DNA of 58,733 bases from an uncultured Clostridia bacterium (GTDB lineage: Bacteria > Bacillota > Clostridia > Christensenellales > UBA1242), in the NCBI GenBank assembly GCA_944380415.1, contig CALWHN010000002.1, forward strand, positions 1 to 58,733. Direction: 5' to 3'. This document shows positions 37,326 to 46,887 of this stretch, one piece after another (positions within the stretch are counted from its first letter, which is position 1; each line of letters opens with the position of its first letter). Below the pieces are notes generated by a model. It was not told the DNA's origin. It did no database searches and saw nothing but the letters and a program-made list of their open reading frames with translations. A program made the position numbers and the translations under genes.

Positions 37326-38381
37326 ATGTATTTTGAAAGAGCAAAGGAAAAGTTTGAAAAATTAAGGGAGAAAAATTCCGTTAAAATTTTGGCAATTGAA
37401 AGTTCGTGCGACGAAACAAGCATTTCAATTGTTGAAAATGGGCGGAAAATTCTTTCAAACATTGTTGCATCACAAATTGAAATTCACAAGCGCTTTGGCG
37501 GTGTTGTTCCAGAAATCGCTTCAAGAAACCACGTTAGTGCAATTTCAAACGTCTATAAAGAGGCGCTAAAAAAGGCGAACCTTTCTGAAAAGGACATAGA
37601 TGCAATTGCCGTAACCTATGGCGCGGGCCTTGTTGGCGCGCTTTTGGTTGGGGTTAATTTTGCAAAGGCGCTTGCCTTTTCGCTGGATTTGCCGCTTATT
37701 GCTGTTAGCCACATAATGGGCCACATTGCGGCCAATTATTTGACCTATCAGGAGCTTGTTCCGCCGTTTATGTGTTTGATGGTTAGCGGGGGGCACACTG
37801 CAATTTTGAAAGTAAATTCCTATAACGACCACGAGCTTGTTGGAACAACCGTTGATGACGCGGCGGGAGAGGCTTTTGACAAAGTTGCTCGTGTTTTGGG
37901 GCTTGGTTATCCCGGCGGGCCAAGCGTTGATAAATTTGCAAAAGAGGGCAAGGACAACATTAAATTTGTTTCCCACACGCCAATGCAAAACAGCTTCAAT
38001 TTTAGTTTCAGCGGCCTTAAAACTGCTGTGATAAACTATGTTAACAACCAAAAGCAAAGGGGAAGGGAAATAAGCGTTCCAGACGTTTGCGCAAGTTTTC
38101 AAAGCCAGGCAGCAACGGAACTTGTTTCAAAGGCAATTGGCGCAACAAAAAAGTTTGGAGAAAAAAAACTTGTTGTTGCCGGCGGAGTTTCTGCAAATTC
38201 ATTTCTCAAAGAAATGCTTTCAAAAAGTTGCAACGAAAACGGAATTTCGCTTTACATGCCAAACCTTTCGCTTTGCACGGACAACGCAGCAATGATTGCA
38301 AGTGCAGCATATTTCATGCTTAAAGACGGCCTTGGGCTCAGCGACCTTTCACTGACGGCAAAGGCAACAATTCCGCTTTAA
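37326..38381 (+). CDS. tsaD: tRNA N6-adenosine threonylcarbamoyltransferase
   Basis: ILAIESSCDETS, HIMGH, SGGHT and VAGGVSAN. Confidence 0.9.
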   Translation: MYFERAKEKFEKLREKNSVKILAIESSCDETSISIVENGRKILSNIVASQIEIHKRFGGVVPEIASRNHVSAISNVYKEALKKANLSEKDIDAIAVTYGAGLVGALLVGVNFAKALAFSLDLPLIAVSHIMGHIAANYLTYQELVPPFMCLMVSGGHTAILKVNSYNDHELVGTTVDDAAGEAFDKVARVLGLGYPGGPSVDKFAKEGKDNIKFVSHTPMQNSFNFSFSGLKTAVINYVNNQKQRGREISVPDVCASFQSQAATELVSKAIGATKKFGEKKLVVAGGVSANSFLKEMLSKSCNENGISLYMPNLSLCTDNAAMIASAAYFMLKDGLGLSDLSLTAKATIPL

Positions 38382-38422
38382 TTTGGGAATTAAAAAGATA
38401 AGTTTTGGAGAAGATATAGATT

Positions 38423-38992
38423 ATGGAAAGTCTATATCTTCTTTTCGTTTTATTTTTCACAGTTCTTCTCGTCTTTCCTTTTACATTCACGCTTAAATTT
38501 GCGTATGATGTCAAAAATAACTGTGGCGCAGTTTCACTTGGCCTTTTTTTTAATTTCTTTGTTGCAAAGCTTAAGAGAAAGGGGACGGAAATTCTTTTAA
38601 TAACGCAAAAGAGGAACACGAACGTCAACCTTGAAGTTGGAGAAAAACAACTTAAATTTGTTAAACACTTTAAGGAAGAAATTCAAAACAAGGTTAAGAT
38701 AAGAAAAGTTAATGTCTATTCAAAACTTGGCTCGGAAAATCCTTTTGTTGCGTCAATGTTTTCCTCAACCTTTTCAATTGCCGTTTCAATTTTTTTAAGT
38801 AGGCTTAAAATCAAACAGCCAACTGGAAGCTTTGTTTACAGGCCAACAACAATTTTTTCAGAGGGTTTTTGCGCGGCGGCGGTAACGGCAAAAGTTGCCG
38901 TTTCGCTCTTTGATGTTTTGTTTAGTTTTATCATGGCAGTTTTAAAGACGAGAAAGGATAGAAAACAAGAGGAAAGTTTTAAAAATGTATAA
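38423..38992 (+). CDS. DUF2953/YtfI-like sporulation membrane protein
   Basis: N-terminal TM. It sits immediately upstream of ytfJ, the conserved pair. Confidence 0.5.
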   Translation: MESLYLLFVLFFTVLLVFPFTFTLKFAYDVKNNCGAVSLGLFFNFFVAKLKRKGTEILLITQKRNTNVNLEVGEKQLKFVKHFKEEIQNKVKIRKVNVYSKLGSENPFVASMFSSTFSIAVSIFLSRLKIKQPTGSFVYRPTTIFSEGFCAAAVTAKVAVSLFDVLFSFIMAVLKTRKDRKQEESFKNV

Positions 38993-39036
38993 ATAAAAAT
39001 TGGTCATCATGGACAAAATACAATTTGAGGTGAATC

Positions 39037-39459
39037 ATGAAAGAATATGAAAAAACAAGTTCGTTAGATAACATAATTGAAAAGACGCTTTCATCGCTTA
39101 AAACAATTGGAGAATGTGAGACAATTTTTGGCAAGCCAACAAGGCTTTTTGATGGAACGGAGGTCATTCCGGTTTCAAAAGTCACAATTGGATTTGTTGT
39201 TGGAGGAGGAGAATATTCCGACCTTTCAACAAGGCGCGTTGCAACCCACTATCCAATGGCAGGTGGAAGCGGCGGCGCGGCGGTTCTTTCCCCAGTTGGC
39301 TTCTTGGTTTCAACGGAAAGCGAAGTTAAATATATAAGCACAGAAAATGAGACAAACTATCAAAAAATTTTAGAATTGCTTGCAAAAGCCTCAACAAAAG
39401 TTGCAAAATACATGGCAAAAAAGGAGGAAAAGAGAAGTGAGAACAAAGCAAAAAGTTAG
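39037..39459 (+). CDS. ytfJ: sporulation protein YtfJ
   Basis: IFGKPTRLFDGTEVIPVSKVTIGFVVGGGEY...GGSGGAAVLSPVGFLV. Confidence 0.8.
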   Translation: MKEYEKTSSLDNIIEKTLSSLKTIGECETIFGKPTRLFDGTEVIPVSKVTIGFVVGGGEYSDLSTRRVATHYPMAGGSGGAAVLSPVGFLVSTESEVKYISTENETNYQKILELLAKASTKVAKYMAKKEEKRSENKAKS

Positions 39460-40639
39460 ATTTTTAATAATTGCGCTTTTAATTTTTATCATGGTTTCCT
39501 CTTACATAACAACAACGGTGATAGCAAAAAAATATATGCAAGTTAGCGCCGAAAAGGCGGAAGGTGCAGTTGTTTTAGATGCGACGACAACAACAACTTC
39601 ATATGCAAGCGGAATGGTTGTTATCGAGGCCGAGAGCGGAAGAATTCTATATCAAAAAAACTGCAATGAGCGCCTTGCAATGGCTTCCACAACAAAAATT
39701 ATGACGGCGCTTTTGGCGCTTGAAAGTGGGCTTGATTTAGACGAGGAATTTACTGTTGACGAGCGCAGCGTTGGAATTGAAGGAACAAGCCTCTACCTTA
39801 GAAAAGGAGAGAAGAAAACGCTTAAAGAGCTTTTATATGGGCTTATGCTCCCTTCCGGGAATGACGCAGCTGTTGCAATTGCTTGCCGCGTTAGTGGAAG
39901 CGAGGAAGAGTTTGTTAAGCTTATGAATCAAAAGGCAAGTGAACTTGGCCTTAAAAACACGTCCTTTGCAAACTCTCATGGCCTGGACAGCGAAGGACAT
40001 TACACAAGCGCATATGACCTAGCAATGATAACAGCAGAAGCAATGAAAAACCCAACCTTTTGTGATATTGTCAAAACAAAGAATGTGACGGTTAGTGGAA
40101 ACGAGGAGGTTTCTGGAAAGGCGCTTAAAAACAAGAACAAACTTCTTTGGAGCATGGAAGGTTGTGACGGCGTTAAAACTGGCTTTACCGACAATGCAAA
40201 GCGCTGTTTTGTTTGCAGCGCGAAGCGCGATGGAATGAGGCTTATTTGCGTTGTTTTGAACTGTGGACCAATGTTTGAAGAGGCAGAAAGGCTTTTGAAC
40301 ATGGGCTTTGACAATTTTAAGAAATACACGCTTCTAAGTTCCTATCAGCCAAATGAAACAGTTCCGGTTAAAGACGGGGTAAGCGAAACAGTTAAAACGC
40401 TTACTAGAAGACATTTTTCAATTCCCCTAACAGTTGAGGAGCGCTCGAACGTTGAATATGAAGTTGACCTTCCAAAGGAAATTCAAGCGCCGGTTGAAAA
40501 GGAGCAGGAACTTGGCGAGGTTAAAGTTAAACTTGGAGACAAGGTTTTGTTCACGGAAAAGATTTATGCAATGGAAGAAGTTGAGTCAACAAGGTTCTTT
40601 GACAAGGTTGAACAGATTACAGATTACTGGAACATTTGA
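39437..40639 (+). CDS. D-alanyl-D-alanine carboxypeptidase (S11 PBP)
   Basis: GTG at 39437 after AAGGAGG. ASTTK (SxxK), SGN and KTG motifs. N-terminal TM. Confidence 0.85.
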   Translation: MRTKQKVRFLIIALLIFIMVSSYITTTVIAKKYMQVSAEKAEGAVVLDATTTTTSYASGMVVIEAESGRILYQKNCNERLAMASTTKIMTALLALESGLDLDEEFTVDERSVGIEGTSLYLRKGEKKTLKELLYGLMLPSGNDAAVAIACRVSGSEEEFVKLMNQKASELGLKNTSFANSHGLDSEGHYTSAYDLAMITAEAMKNPTFCDIVKTKNVTVSGNEEVSGKALKNKNKLLWSMEGCDGVKTGFTDNAKRCFVCSAKRDGMRLICVVLNCGPMFEEAERLLNMGFDNFKKYTLLSSYQPNETVPVKDGVSETVKTLTRRHFSIPLTVEERSNVEYEVDLPKEIQAPVEKEQELGEVKVKLGDKVLFTEKIYAMEEVESTRFFDKVEQITDYWNI

Positions 40640-40694
40640 TTTTTATTTGCAATTAATTGATAAATCCTTTAAAATATCTTTAAAGGATTTTTTT

Positions 40695-41396
40695 ATGAGG
40701 CTTAACAAATTTTTAAGTTCATGTGGAATTTCTTCCAGAAGAAAGGCAGAGCAGCTTATTTTAGACGGAAAGGTCAAAGTTAATGGCGTTGTTGTTTCAA
40801 GCCTTGGAACTGTTGTTAACGAAGAAAAGGACGATGTTTTTTGCGAAGGAAAAAAGCTTTCGCTTCCAAATTCCTTTGTTTACTATAAATTAAACAAACC
40901 AAAGGGATACATTTGTTCAAACAGCGATGAAAAGGGGCGAAAGACAATTTTTTCAATTTTGCCCTCTTCCCAGCGCCTTTTTTCTGTTGGAAGGTTGGAC
41001 TATAATACGGAAGGATTAATTATAATAACTAATGACGGCAACTTTGCAAACGCTTTAATCCATCCAAACAGTGAAATTGAAAAGGAATATATCGTTACAA
41101 TTGAAGGAAAAATTTCCGAAAGCGAGCTTGCCGTTTTGCGCGCAGGCGTTGTTGAAAAGGGTGTTAGAATGCCAAAGGCAAGGGTTAGCCCAATTAAGTT
41201 TGACGGCAAGCTAACACGCCTTTCTGTTGTTATTTTCGAAGGGCAAAACAGGCAAATTAGAAGAATGTTCGAGGCAATTGGAAAAACAATTGTTCTTCTA
41301 AAAAGAATTAGAATTGGGAAAATTGTTCTTGGCGGCCTTGTCCGCGGGAAATTCAAGCCTCTTACAAAAGATGAAATTTCTTGGGTTTTAAATTAG
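40695..41396 (+). CDS. pseudouridine synthase, RsuA/RluB family
   Basis: ATG at 40695 (MRLNKFLSSCGISSRR, S4 domain). GRLDYNTEGL catalytic Asp motif. Confidence 0.85.
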   Translation: MRLNKFLSSCGISSRRKAEQLILDGKVKVNGVVVSSLGTVVNEEKDDVFCEGKKLSLPNSFVYYKLNKPKGYICSNSDEKGRKTIFSILPSSQRLFSVGRLDYNTEGLIIITNDGNFANALIHPNSEIEKEYIVTIEGKISESELAVLRAGVVEKGVRMPKARVSPIKFDGKLTRLSVVIFEGQNRQIRRMFEAIGKTIVLLKRIRIGKIVLGGLVRGKFKPLTKDEISWVLN

Positions 41397-41404
41397 GAGA
41401 GAAT

Positions 41405-41977
41405 ATGCTTATTATTTTAAAAATTTTGTTATTTCCGCTTGTTATTTTGCTTTTTCCAACGGCGTTTAAAGGGAACAAAAATATCCCAAAGGGAAAGTGC
41501 ATTTTTGTTTGCAACCACACTAGCAATGTTGACCCAGTTTTAATGGTTCTTTCAACGTGGAGGAAGCAATATTTTCTTGCAAAAAAGGAACTTTTTAAAT
41601 GCTGGATTATGCGCCTTATAATGAAAATTGCCCACGGAATTCCAATCGACCGCGGGAAAACGGATTTAAAGGCAATTAAGGAAAGCTTAAAAGTTTTAAA
41701 TAAAGGAAAAGTTTTAACAATTTTTCCGGAGGGAACGAGAAACAAGGAGCAAACAGAACTTGGAGAGGTTAAGGCGGGAGCTGCAATGTTTGCAATTAAA
41801 ACAAAAACGCCAATCGTTCCCGTTTGGATTTCAAAAAAACCAAGGCTTTTTAGGCCAAACAAGCTAAAGTTTGGAAAGCCGTTTACCCTTGATGAGTTTT
41901 ACGACAAAAAACTTGATGCGGCCACATTGGAAGAAGCCGGACAAATTGTTGCAAAAAAACTTTTAGAAAACAAATAA
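41405..41977 (+). CDS. plsC: 1-acyl-sn-glycerol-3-phosphate acyltransferase
   Basis: NHTSNVD (Hx4D) and FPEGTR motifs. Confidence 0.85.
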   Translation: MLIILKILLFPLVILLFPTAFKGNKNIPKGKCIFVCNHTSNVDPVLMVLSTWRKQYFLAKKELFKCWIMRLIMKIAHGIPIDRGKTDLKAIKESLKVLNKGKVLTIFPEGTRNKEQTELGEVKAGAAMFAIKTKTPIVPVWISKKPRLFRPNKLKFGKPFTLDEFYDKKLDAATLEEAGQIVAKKLLENK

Positions 41978-42014
41978 AAAAAAGCGGCCGAGGCCGCAAC
42001 AAAAAAACGGCTTA

Positions 42015-42290
42015 TTAGCCGTTTGCTTTTTTTGCATTGTCCAAAATTTTTGAAAGGCTTGCCTTTTTAGCGTTTGCCTTGTTTTTGTGGATTACATTGT
42101 CTTTAGCAGCAGTATCTAAAAGAGAAAAAACTTCGCTTAAAAGTTTTGCTGCATCATCAAGCTTTCCTTCTTTAACAGCGTTTTTATAGCTTTTTGTGAA
42201 GGTTGAAATTTTAGACTTAATCATTCTGTTTTCCAAGTTTTTCTTTTCATTAACAGAAACTCTTTTAATAGCTGATTTAATGTTTGGCAC
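42015..42290 (-). CDS. rpsT: 30S ribosomal protein S20
   Basis: MPNIKSAIKRV N-terminus, 91 aa. Confidence 0.95.
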   Translation of the reverse strand: MPNIKSAIKRVSVNEKKNLENRMIKSKISTFTKSYKNAVKEGKLDDAAKLLSEVFSLLDTAAKDNVIHKNKANAKKASLSKILDNAKKANG

Positions 42291-42399
42291 GTTGTTTTCT
42301 CCTTAACTAATTTTCTTACTTTGCAAATTCTATCACAAAGCAAATCAAATTGCAAGCAAAAAATATAATATTTTAAAAAATTTTTCAAACACTAACTCT

Positions 42400-43170
42400 A
42401 TGAAAAGAAATCTAACAGACATGGCAGACGAGACCCAAGAGGGTTTTGCAGAGCAAAAAAATTTTGATTACGGAATTAGCATTAAGCGAAGTAAAAACAA
42501 AAAAACTTCCGTTCTAAGCGCAGAGGCGTTAAACCTTTTTGGCGCCAAGTTGGAGGAATATTTAACGGAAATTTTAAAGGAAGAATTGAAGAAAAATTTT
42601 AAACTTTCAAAATTTAAAAGAATTTTGGTTGTTGGACTTGGAAACAAGGATATATTCAACGATTCACTTGGCCCTCAAACAATTGAAAAACTTTTGATTT
42701 CACGCGGGCTTGATTTAAAGCCAGAGGTTTGTGCAATTGCGCCAAATGTTTTTTCCAACACCGGGATTGAAACATTCGATATAATTAGCAGCATTGTTAA
42801 AGTTGTTGAGCCGGACTTGGTAATTTTAATTGACTCATTGGCAACGCTTTCAGTTGAGCGGCTTTGCACGTGCATTCAGGTTTCAAAAGGCGGCCTTGTT
42901 GCAGGAAGCGGAGCCAACTTGAAGAACAAGAAAATTTCGAAAACAAGCTTGAATGTTAAAAATTTAATTTCAATTGGCGTTCCAATGCTAATCTACGCTG
43001 AAAATTTGTTGAAGGAAACAAAGGGGAGCGCAGGCGGAACGAACCTAATTCTCTCTCCAGTTAACATAAAGAAAAGCTTAGCGCTTCTTTCAAACATTAT
43101 TTCTTCCGCAATCAATGGAGCAATTTTTAAAGGCATGAGCAAGGAGGAGATTGACGCACTAACAAAATAA
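42400..43170 (+). CDS. gpr: GPR-type (A25) spore germination protease, short form
   Basis: VVGLGNKDIFNDSLGP and IDSLATLSVERLCTCIQVSKGGLVAGSGA parallel the GPR motifs as recalled. The divergent neighbour is rpsT, as in Bacillus. Confidence 0.6.
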   Translation: MKRNLTDMADETQEGFAEQKNFDYGISIKRSKNKKTSVLSAEALNLFGAKLEEYLTEILKEELKKNFKLSKFKRILVVGLGNKDIFNDSLGPQTIEKLLISRGLDLKPEVCAIAPNVFSNTGIETFDIISSIVKVVEPDLVILIDSLATLSVERLCTCIQVSKGGLVAGSGANLKNKKISKTSLNVKNLISIGVPMLIYAENLLKETKGSAGGTNLILSPVNIKKSLALLSNIISSAINGAIFKGMSKEEIDALTK

Positions 43171-43189
43171 GTTTTTCATATATAACTAC

Positions 43190-43930
43190 ATGTCAAAAAT
43201 TGTTGTTTTAGACAGTGGTATTGGCGGTGCAAGCATTTTAAAAGCAATAAGAGGGCGAATTCCAAAGGCAAATTATCTATATTTTGCCGATACGTTGAAT
43301 GCGCCTTATGGCGAGAAAAGCGAGCAGGACCTTTATAGAATTTTAACAGGGATAATCGACAAGCTAAACAAAAAAGGGGACGTTTTTGCCCTTGTTTTGG
43401 CCTGTAACACGGCTTCAAGCCTTTGCGGCGCGCGGCTTAGGCGGCGCTATGATTTTCCAATCATCTGCGTGGAGCCTCCAATCAAAGTTGCCGCGCAGAT
43501 GGGTTTTAAAAAAATTTCCGTTCTTGCAACGCCTCAAACTCTCAACACTAATAAAACAATAAAAAAATTTGAACAAGACAAAAATTTAAAAATTGAAAAA
43601 GTCCCTTTAAAAAATCTTGCAAAAGAAATAGATGAAAACGCCTTAAATTTAAATTATCTCTTTTTAGAACTTTCAAAATGCTTAAAAGGCGTTAAAACAG
43701 AATGTGCGGTAATTGGCTGCACGCACTACAATTTTATAAAAAGCCAAATAGAAACGATTTTAAGATGTAAGGTTGTTTCTTGCGAAGAAGCAGTTGCAAT
43801 TCAAACAGAAAAAGTTTTGGCGGGAAGCTGCTATTGCTGCGCTAAACCAAAACTAAAGATTGTTTTAAGTAAACCAAACTCTAAAATTCGTCGTTTCCTG
43901 AAAACCTATTTGAATTCCGACCAAAGTTAA
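43190..43930 (+). CDS. murI: glutamate racemase
   Basis: VLDSGIGG, LACNTAS and GCTHY motifs. Confidence 0.9.
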   Translation: MSKIVVLDSGIGGASILKAIRGRIPKANYLYFADTLNAPYGEKSEQDLYRILTGIIDKLNKKGDVFALVLACNTASSLCGARLRRRYDFPIICVEPPIKVAAQMGFKKISVLATPQTLNTNKTIKKFEQDKNLKIEKVPLKNLAKEIDENALNLNYLFLELSKCLKGVKTECAVIGCTHYNFIKSQIETILRCKVVSCEEAVAIQTEKVLAGSCYCCAKPKLKIVLSKPNSKIRRFLKTYLNSDQS

Positions 43931-44189
43931 ATCCACCCAAAAACCAAATTAGATTGGGGTTGATGCAAGGTTGACAATTACACTGTTGTGGCGGGCATGG
44001 GAAATTTGGCGAGCAATTGCATGGTGGACAGTCAAAACAATCTGGCACACAACAATTTGGCGGACAATCAAAACAATTTGGCGGCGGGCAAGAAAACCTT
44101 GGGCAAGGCGTTATGCTTGTTATTGGCCTTAAATTGCAATATGGCTTGTTTATGTAGCCACATTCAAAGCGATTGCAGTTGTCAAACAT
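43881..44189 (-). CDS. Cys/Pro-rich small protein (candidate spore coat/exosporium protein)
   Basis: AAGGAGG RBS 7 nt before the ATG. 102 aa with repeated CPPxC/FDCPP units. It overlaps the murI 3' end by 50 nt. Confidence 0.6.
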   Translation of the reverse strand: MFDNCNRFECGYINKPYCNLRPITSITPCPRFSCPPPNCFDCPPNCCVPDCFDCPPCNCSPNFPCPPQQCNCQPCINPNLIWFLGGFNFGRNSNRFSGNDEF

Positions 44190-44208
44190 AGAGACACCTC
44201 CTTCGCTT

Positions 44209-44236
44209 CATACTATGAAAAAAGCCGAACATGTGT
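44209..44236 (-). promoter_or_regulatory. possible mother-cell (sigma-K/E-like) promoter for the Cys-rich ORF
   Basis: On the minus strand: AC, 17 nt, then CATAGTATG (consensus recalled as AC-N16/17-CATAnnnTA, one mismatch). It is embedded in the terminator of the upstream gene. Confidence 0.25.
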
Positions 44237-44240
44237 TCGG

Positions 44241-44954
44241 CTAATTTATTTGCACTAGTTTGTTTTCAACAAGGTCACAAGAGGTCAAATAATATTTAAC
44301 ACCTTCCATTTCTGTTATAAATTTAAAGCGGCTTCTATTTCCGTGGAGGTGGCCATAGACAACTGAACTTACGCCATATTTTTTAAACAGGTCTGTAAAT
44401 GCGCTTCTTTCAAGTTTTGAATTGAAGGGAGGGTAGTGGATCATACAAATAAGCTTGGCGTCCTTTCCTTCTTCTAAAAGTTTTTCCCTTGCTGCGTTTG
44501 CACTTGAAAGTGAAAGTTCAAGCCGTATTATTTCGCGGTTAAAAATTTTTTCGTCTTCAGCAGTTTTGAAGTTGTTTTCAGGAACTTGCCAGCCCCTTGT
44601 CCCGCAAAATATGTAGTTTTCAATCACAACATGGTCGTTTTGAAGGGCAAAGAAATTTTCCGGAAGAAGCGCCCTTACGCCCGAAATGCTTTTCCACCAA
44701 TAATCGTGGTTACCTCTGATTATAATTTTCTTTCCCGGCAAGGCGGAAATTAGGTCAATGTCTGGCTTTGCATCTTCCAGTTTCATGGCCCAACTGATAT
44801 CGCCAGCAATTAAAACAACGTCTTCGTCTGAAACTTTTTCTTTCCAATCTTCAATAATTTTGTCAACATAATTGTCCCAAGCAGGGCCAAAGATGTCCAT
44901 TGGCTTGGGATTGTTGATGCTAAGGTGCAGATCGCTGATTGAAAAAATTTTCAA
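44241..44954 (-). CDS. metallophosphoesterase
   Basis: SDLHLS, AGDISW, RGNHDYWW and GHLHG motifs. Confidence 0.8.
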   Translation of the reverse strand: MKIFSISDLHLSINNPKPMDIFGPAWDNYVDKIIEDWKEKVSDEDVVLIAGDISWAMKLEDAKPDIDLISALPGKKIIIRGNHDYWWKSISGVRALLPENFFALQNDHVVIENYIFCGTRGWQVPENNFKTAEDEKIFNREIIRLELSLSSANAAREKLLEEGKDAKLICMIHYPPFNSKLERSAFTDLFKKYGVSSVVYGHLHGNRSRFKFITEMEGVKYYLTSCDLVENKLVQIN

Positions 44955-44962
44955 GGGAACTC

Positions 44963-45385
44963 CTAAAATCTTCTTGCAACTTCGCTAACAGTTTTCATGT
45001 CGCATTTGCCAGCATAGTTTGCCTTAAAGTGTTTCATGACGCTTGGAATTGATTTGTCTTCCAAAGAGGAAATAACTTCTCTAATTTCCTCTTCGCTCAT
45101 CATCTTTGGAAGGTATGCTTCAATTATTTCGCGTTGTTTTAAAATGTTGTCTCTTTGTTCAGTGTTTCCAACTTTTTCATAGCCTTCTGCTTCTTCAGTC
45201 AATTCTTTGATTGTCTTTTGAATTATTGAAACCATGTCAACGTCCGTTAATTCTTCGCCTTTTTCGCGTTTTTTAATTGTCTCTAACATTGCTTTGTTTG
45301 AAACAACGCCATAAATTGTCCTTGCAATCGCATTTTTGTCCTTTAACGCCTGAATGTTTGCCTTTTTAATTTCATCTAAAATCAT
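44963..45385 (-). CDS. GatB/YqeY domain protein
   Basis: Start at 45385 (MILDEIKK) after AAGGAG. Collinear with my recollection of B. subtilis YqeY (YLPKMMSEEEIREVI). Confidence 0.8.
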   Translation of the reverse strand: MILDEIKKANIQALKDKNAIARTIYGVVSNKAMLETIKKREKGEELTDVDMVSIIQKTIKELTEEAEGYEKVGNTEQRDNILKQREIIEAYLPKMMSEEEIREVISSLEDKSIPSVMKHFKANYAGKCDMKTVSEVARRF

Positions 45386-45398
45386 GTTCTTTCTCCTT

Positions 45399-46808
45399 TT
45401 ATTTCTTTTTCTTGTTTTTCTTTGCAAGCATAAGTTCAAACTCTTTGTGTTCTTTTTCCTCAAAGGCTCGGCTTTCTGCTTCCAGCGCCCAGCGCTTTTT
45501 TGTCCATTCAAGTTTTTTGTTGCCGTGTAAATAGTCATAAGCCGTTACAAAGAAGCCCTGGAAAATGTAGATATAATATGTGAAGAATCTCCAAATCAAA
45601 AGCGCCCAGATTAAATCTCCGCCCTCAAAAATTGAGGCGAACAAAACAGAGAAGGAAAGTTCGCTTGCGCCCGTTCCACCAGGAAGAGGGAAGAAACTTG
45701 CCGTAAGATCAATCATCGCGCAGTATATGAAAATTTGGCCAAAAAGCTCAAAATGGAAGCCGTAGAAAGATGCGTGAATTAAAAACGGAATGCTGTAGTG
45801 GAGGAAATAGAACAAAAATGAAAAGCCAAGTTGAAAGAAAAATGTTCCCTTTTCTTTGGCATATTTTTTCATTGTTGATTGATAGTCTGAAACAACTTTT
45901 TGAATTTTGTTATAATGTTTTTCATAGTTTTTAACTATTTTAATTTTGTGAAGGAATTTCAAAATTCCGGAAACAAGTTTGTTTCCAACAGTTTTGTTGA
46001 TTGAAACCAGAGCAACAACGATAATTAAAAACGAATTTAAGGCAAAACCAACCCAGCTTGTTGCAGTAACAACAGTTCCTCCAATTGTGTTAATTTGAGA
46101 AAGCGATATGCTTAAGATCATAATAATAAATGTGAAAATGACATAAGCCAATTGTTGGGTAACATATTTGCCCATGCAAACGGAAAGCGCATTACGCCCA
46201 GAAAGCCCTCGTTTTGACATGTAGTAAATTTGAAAGGGTTCGCCGCCAGCTGAAAGAGGAGTTAAAGAATCATAATATTTTCCGAGGGCGGCAGTTTTGT
46301 AAGAAAGAGCCGGGTGATGGGTTTTGGTTGTTGAATAAATCAAATTCCAAAATCTTGACGACTCTGAAAACATTAAAAGCGCGTAAAGCACGATTATCAA
46401 AAAGAAAATTCCCCAATTTATGTTACAAAAAAGCGTTCCTATTGACGAGATGTCAACATCTTCACTTGAAAATTGATAGGCCAAAATTCCAACAACAACG
46501 CCAATGTTGATAAAGAGAAACAAAATGTTAAGCCATTTTTTCTTTTTGCTTCCAAGCTTTTTAACTTTTTCTTCAGCCTCTTCAAGTTGTTCTTGCTCAT
46601 TTTGTGGGATATATTCTTCTACTTGTTCTTTTTGGGAAGCTGGCAGTGGCTCAGAATTTTCAACTGGGTTTTCGGCGCTGTCCTGGCTTGTTTGCTCTGT
46701 GTCAAGTGAAAGCTGCTCAAACTTTTCATTCTTCTTAAATGAAAAACCTTCGGAACTTAACTGTTCCGGTGTTTTTTCAACTTCCTTTCTCTTGCCCTTT
46801 AACTTCAT
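45399..46808 (-). CDS. multi-TM flippase-like / lysyl-PG-synthase TM-domain family protein with an acidic N-terminal region
   Basis: About 90 acidic residues followed by 8 or more TM helices. The family call is by recalled resemblance only. Confidence 0.5.
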   Translation of the reverse strand: MKLKGKRKEVEKTPEQLSSEGFSFKKNEKFEQLSLDTEQTSQDSAENPVENSEPLPASQKEQVEEYIPQNEQEQLEEAEEKVKKLGSKKKKWLNILFLFINIGVVVGILAYQFSSEDVDISSIGTLFCNINWGIFFLIIVLYALLMFSESSRFWNLIYSTTKTHHPALSYKTAALGKYYDSLTPLSAGGEPFQIYYMSKRGLSGRNALSVCMGKYVTQQLAYVIFTFIIMILSISLSQINTIGGTVVTATSWVGFALNSFLIIVVALVSINKTVGNKLVSGILKFLHKIKIVKNYEKHYNKIQKVVSDYQSTMKKYAKEKGTFFFQLGFSFLFYFLHYSIPFLIHASFYGFHFELFGQIFIYCAMIDLTASFFPLPGGTGASELSFSVLFASIFEGGDLIWALLIWRFFTYYIYIFQGFFVTAYDYLHGNKKLEWTKKRWALEAESRAFEEKEHKEFELMLAKKNKKKK

Positions 46809-46887
46809 TTACATAATATTCTATCAAAAAAAATGTTTTTGTCAAATATATATTTATTAATTTTTAATAAAGTATATTGGCGTGATA

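Noticed and set aside
40434-40694. Long N-terminal extensions offered by the ORF track: rluB from 40434, tgt from 23660, comM from 50146, the S1 protein from 29285, yqeY from 45538, dac from 39380, rplS from 50040 and the phosphoesterase from 19376.
   Set aside because: Each extension overlaps the upstream gene, a terminator or a promoter element. In every case an internal start with a good Shine-Dalgarno matches the canonical family N-terminus.
43980-44130. Short tandem-like DNA repeats (GGCGGACAATCAAAACAATTTGGCGG variants), considered as a possible CRISPR array or minisatellite.
   Set aside because: The repeats are imperfect and contiguous with no spacers. They correspond exactly to the CPPxC/FDCPP peptide repeats of the minus-strand ORF.
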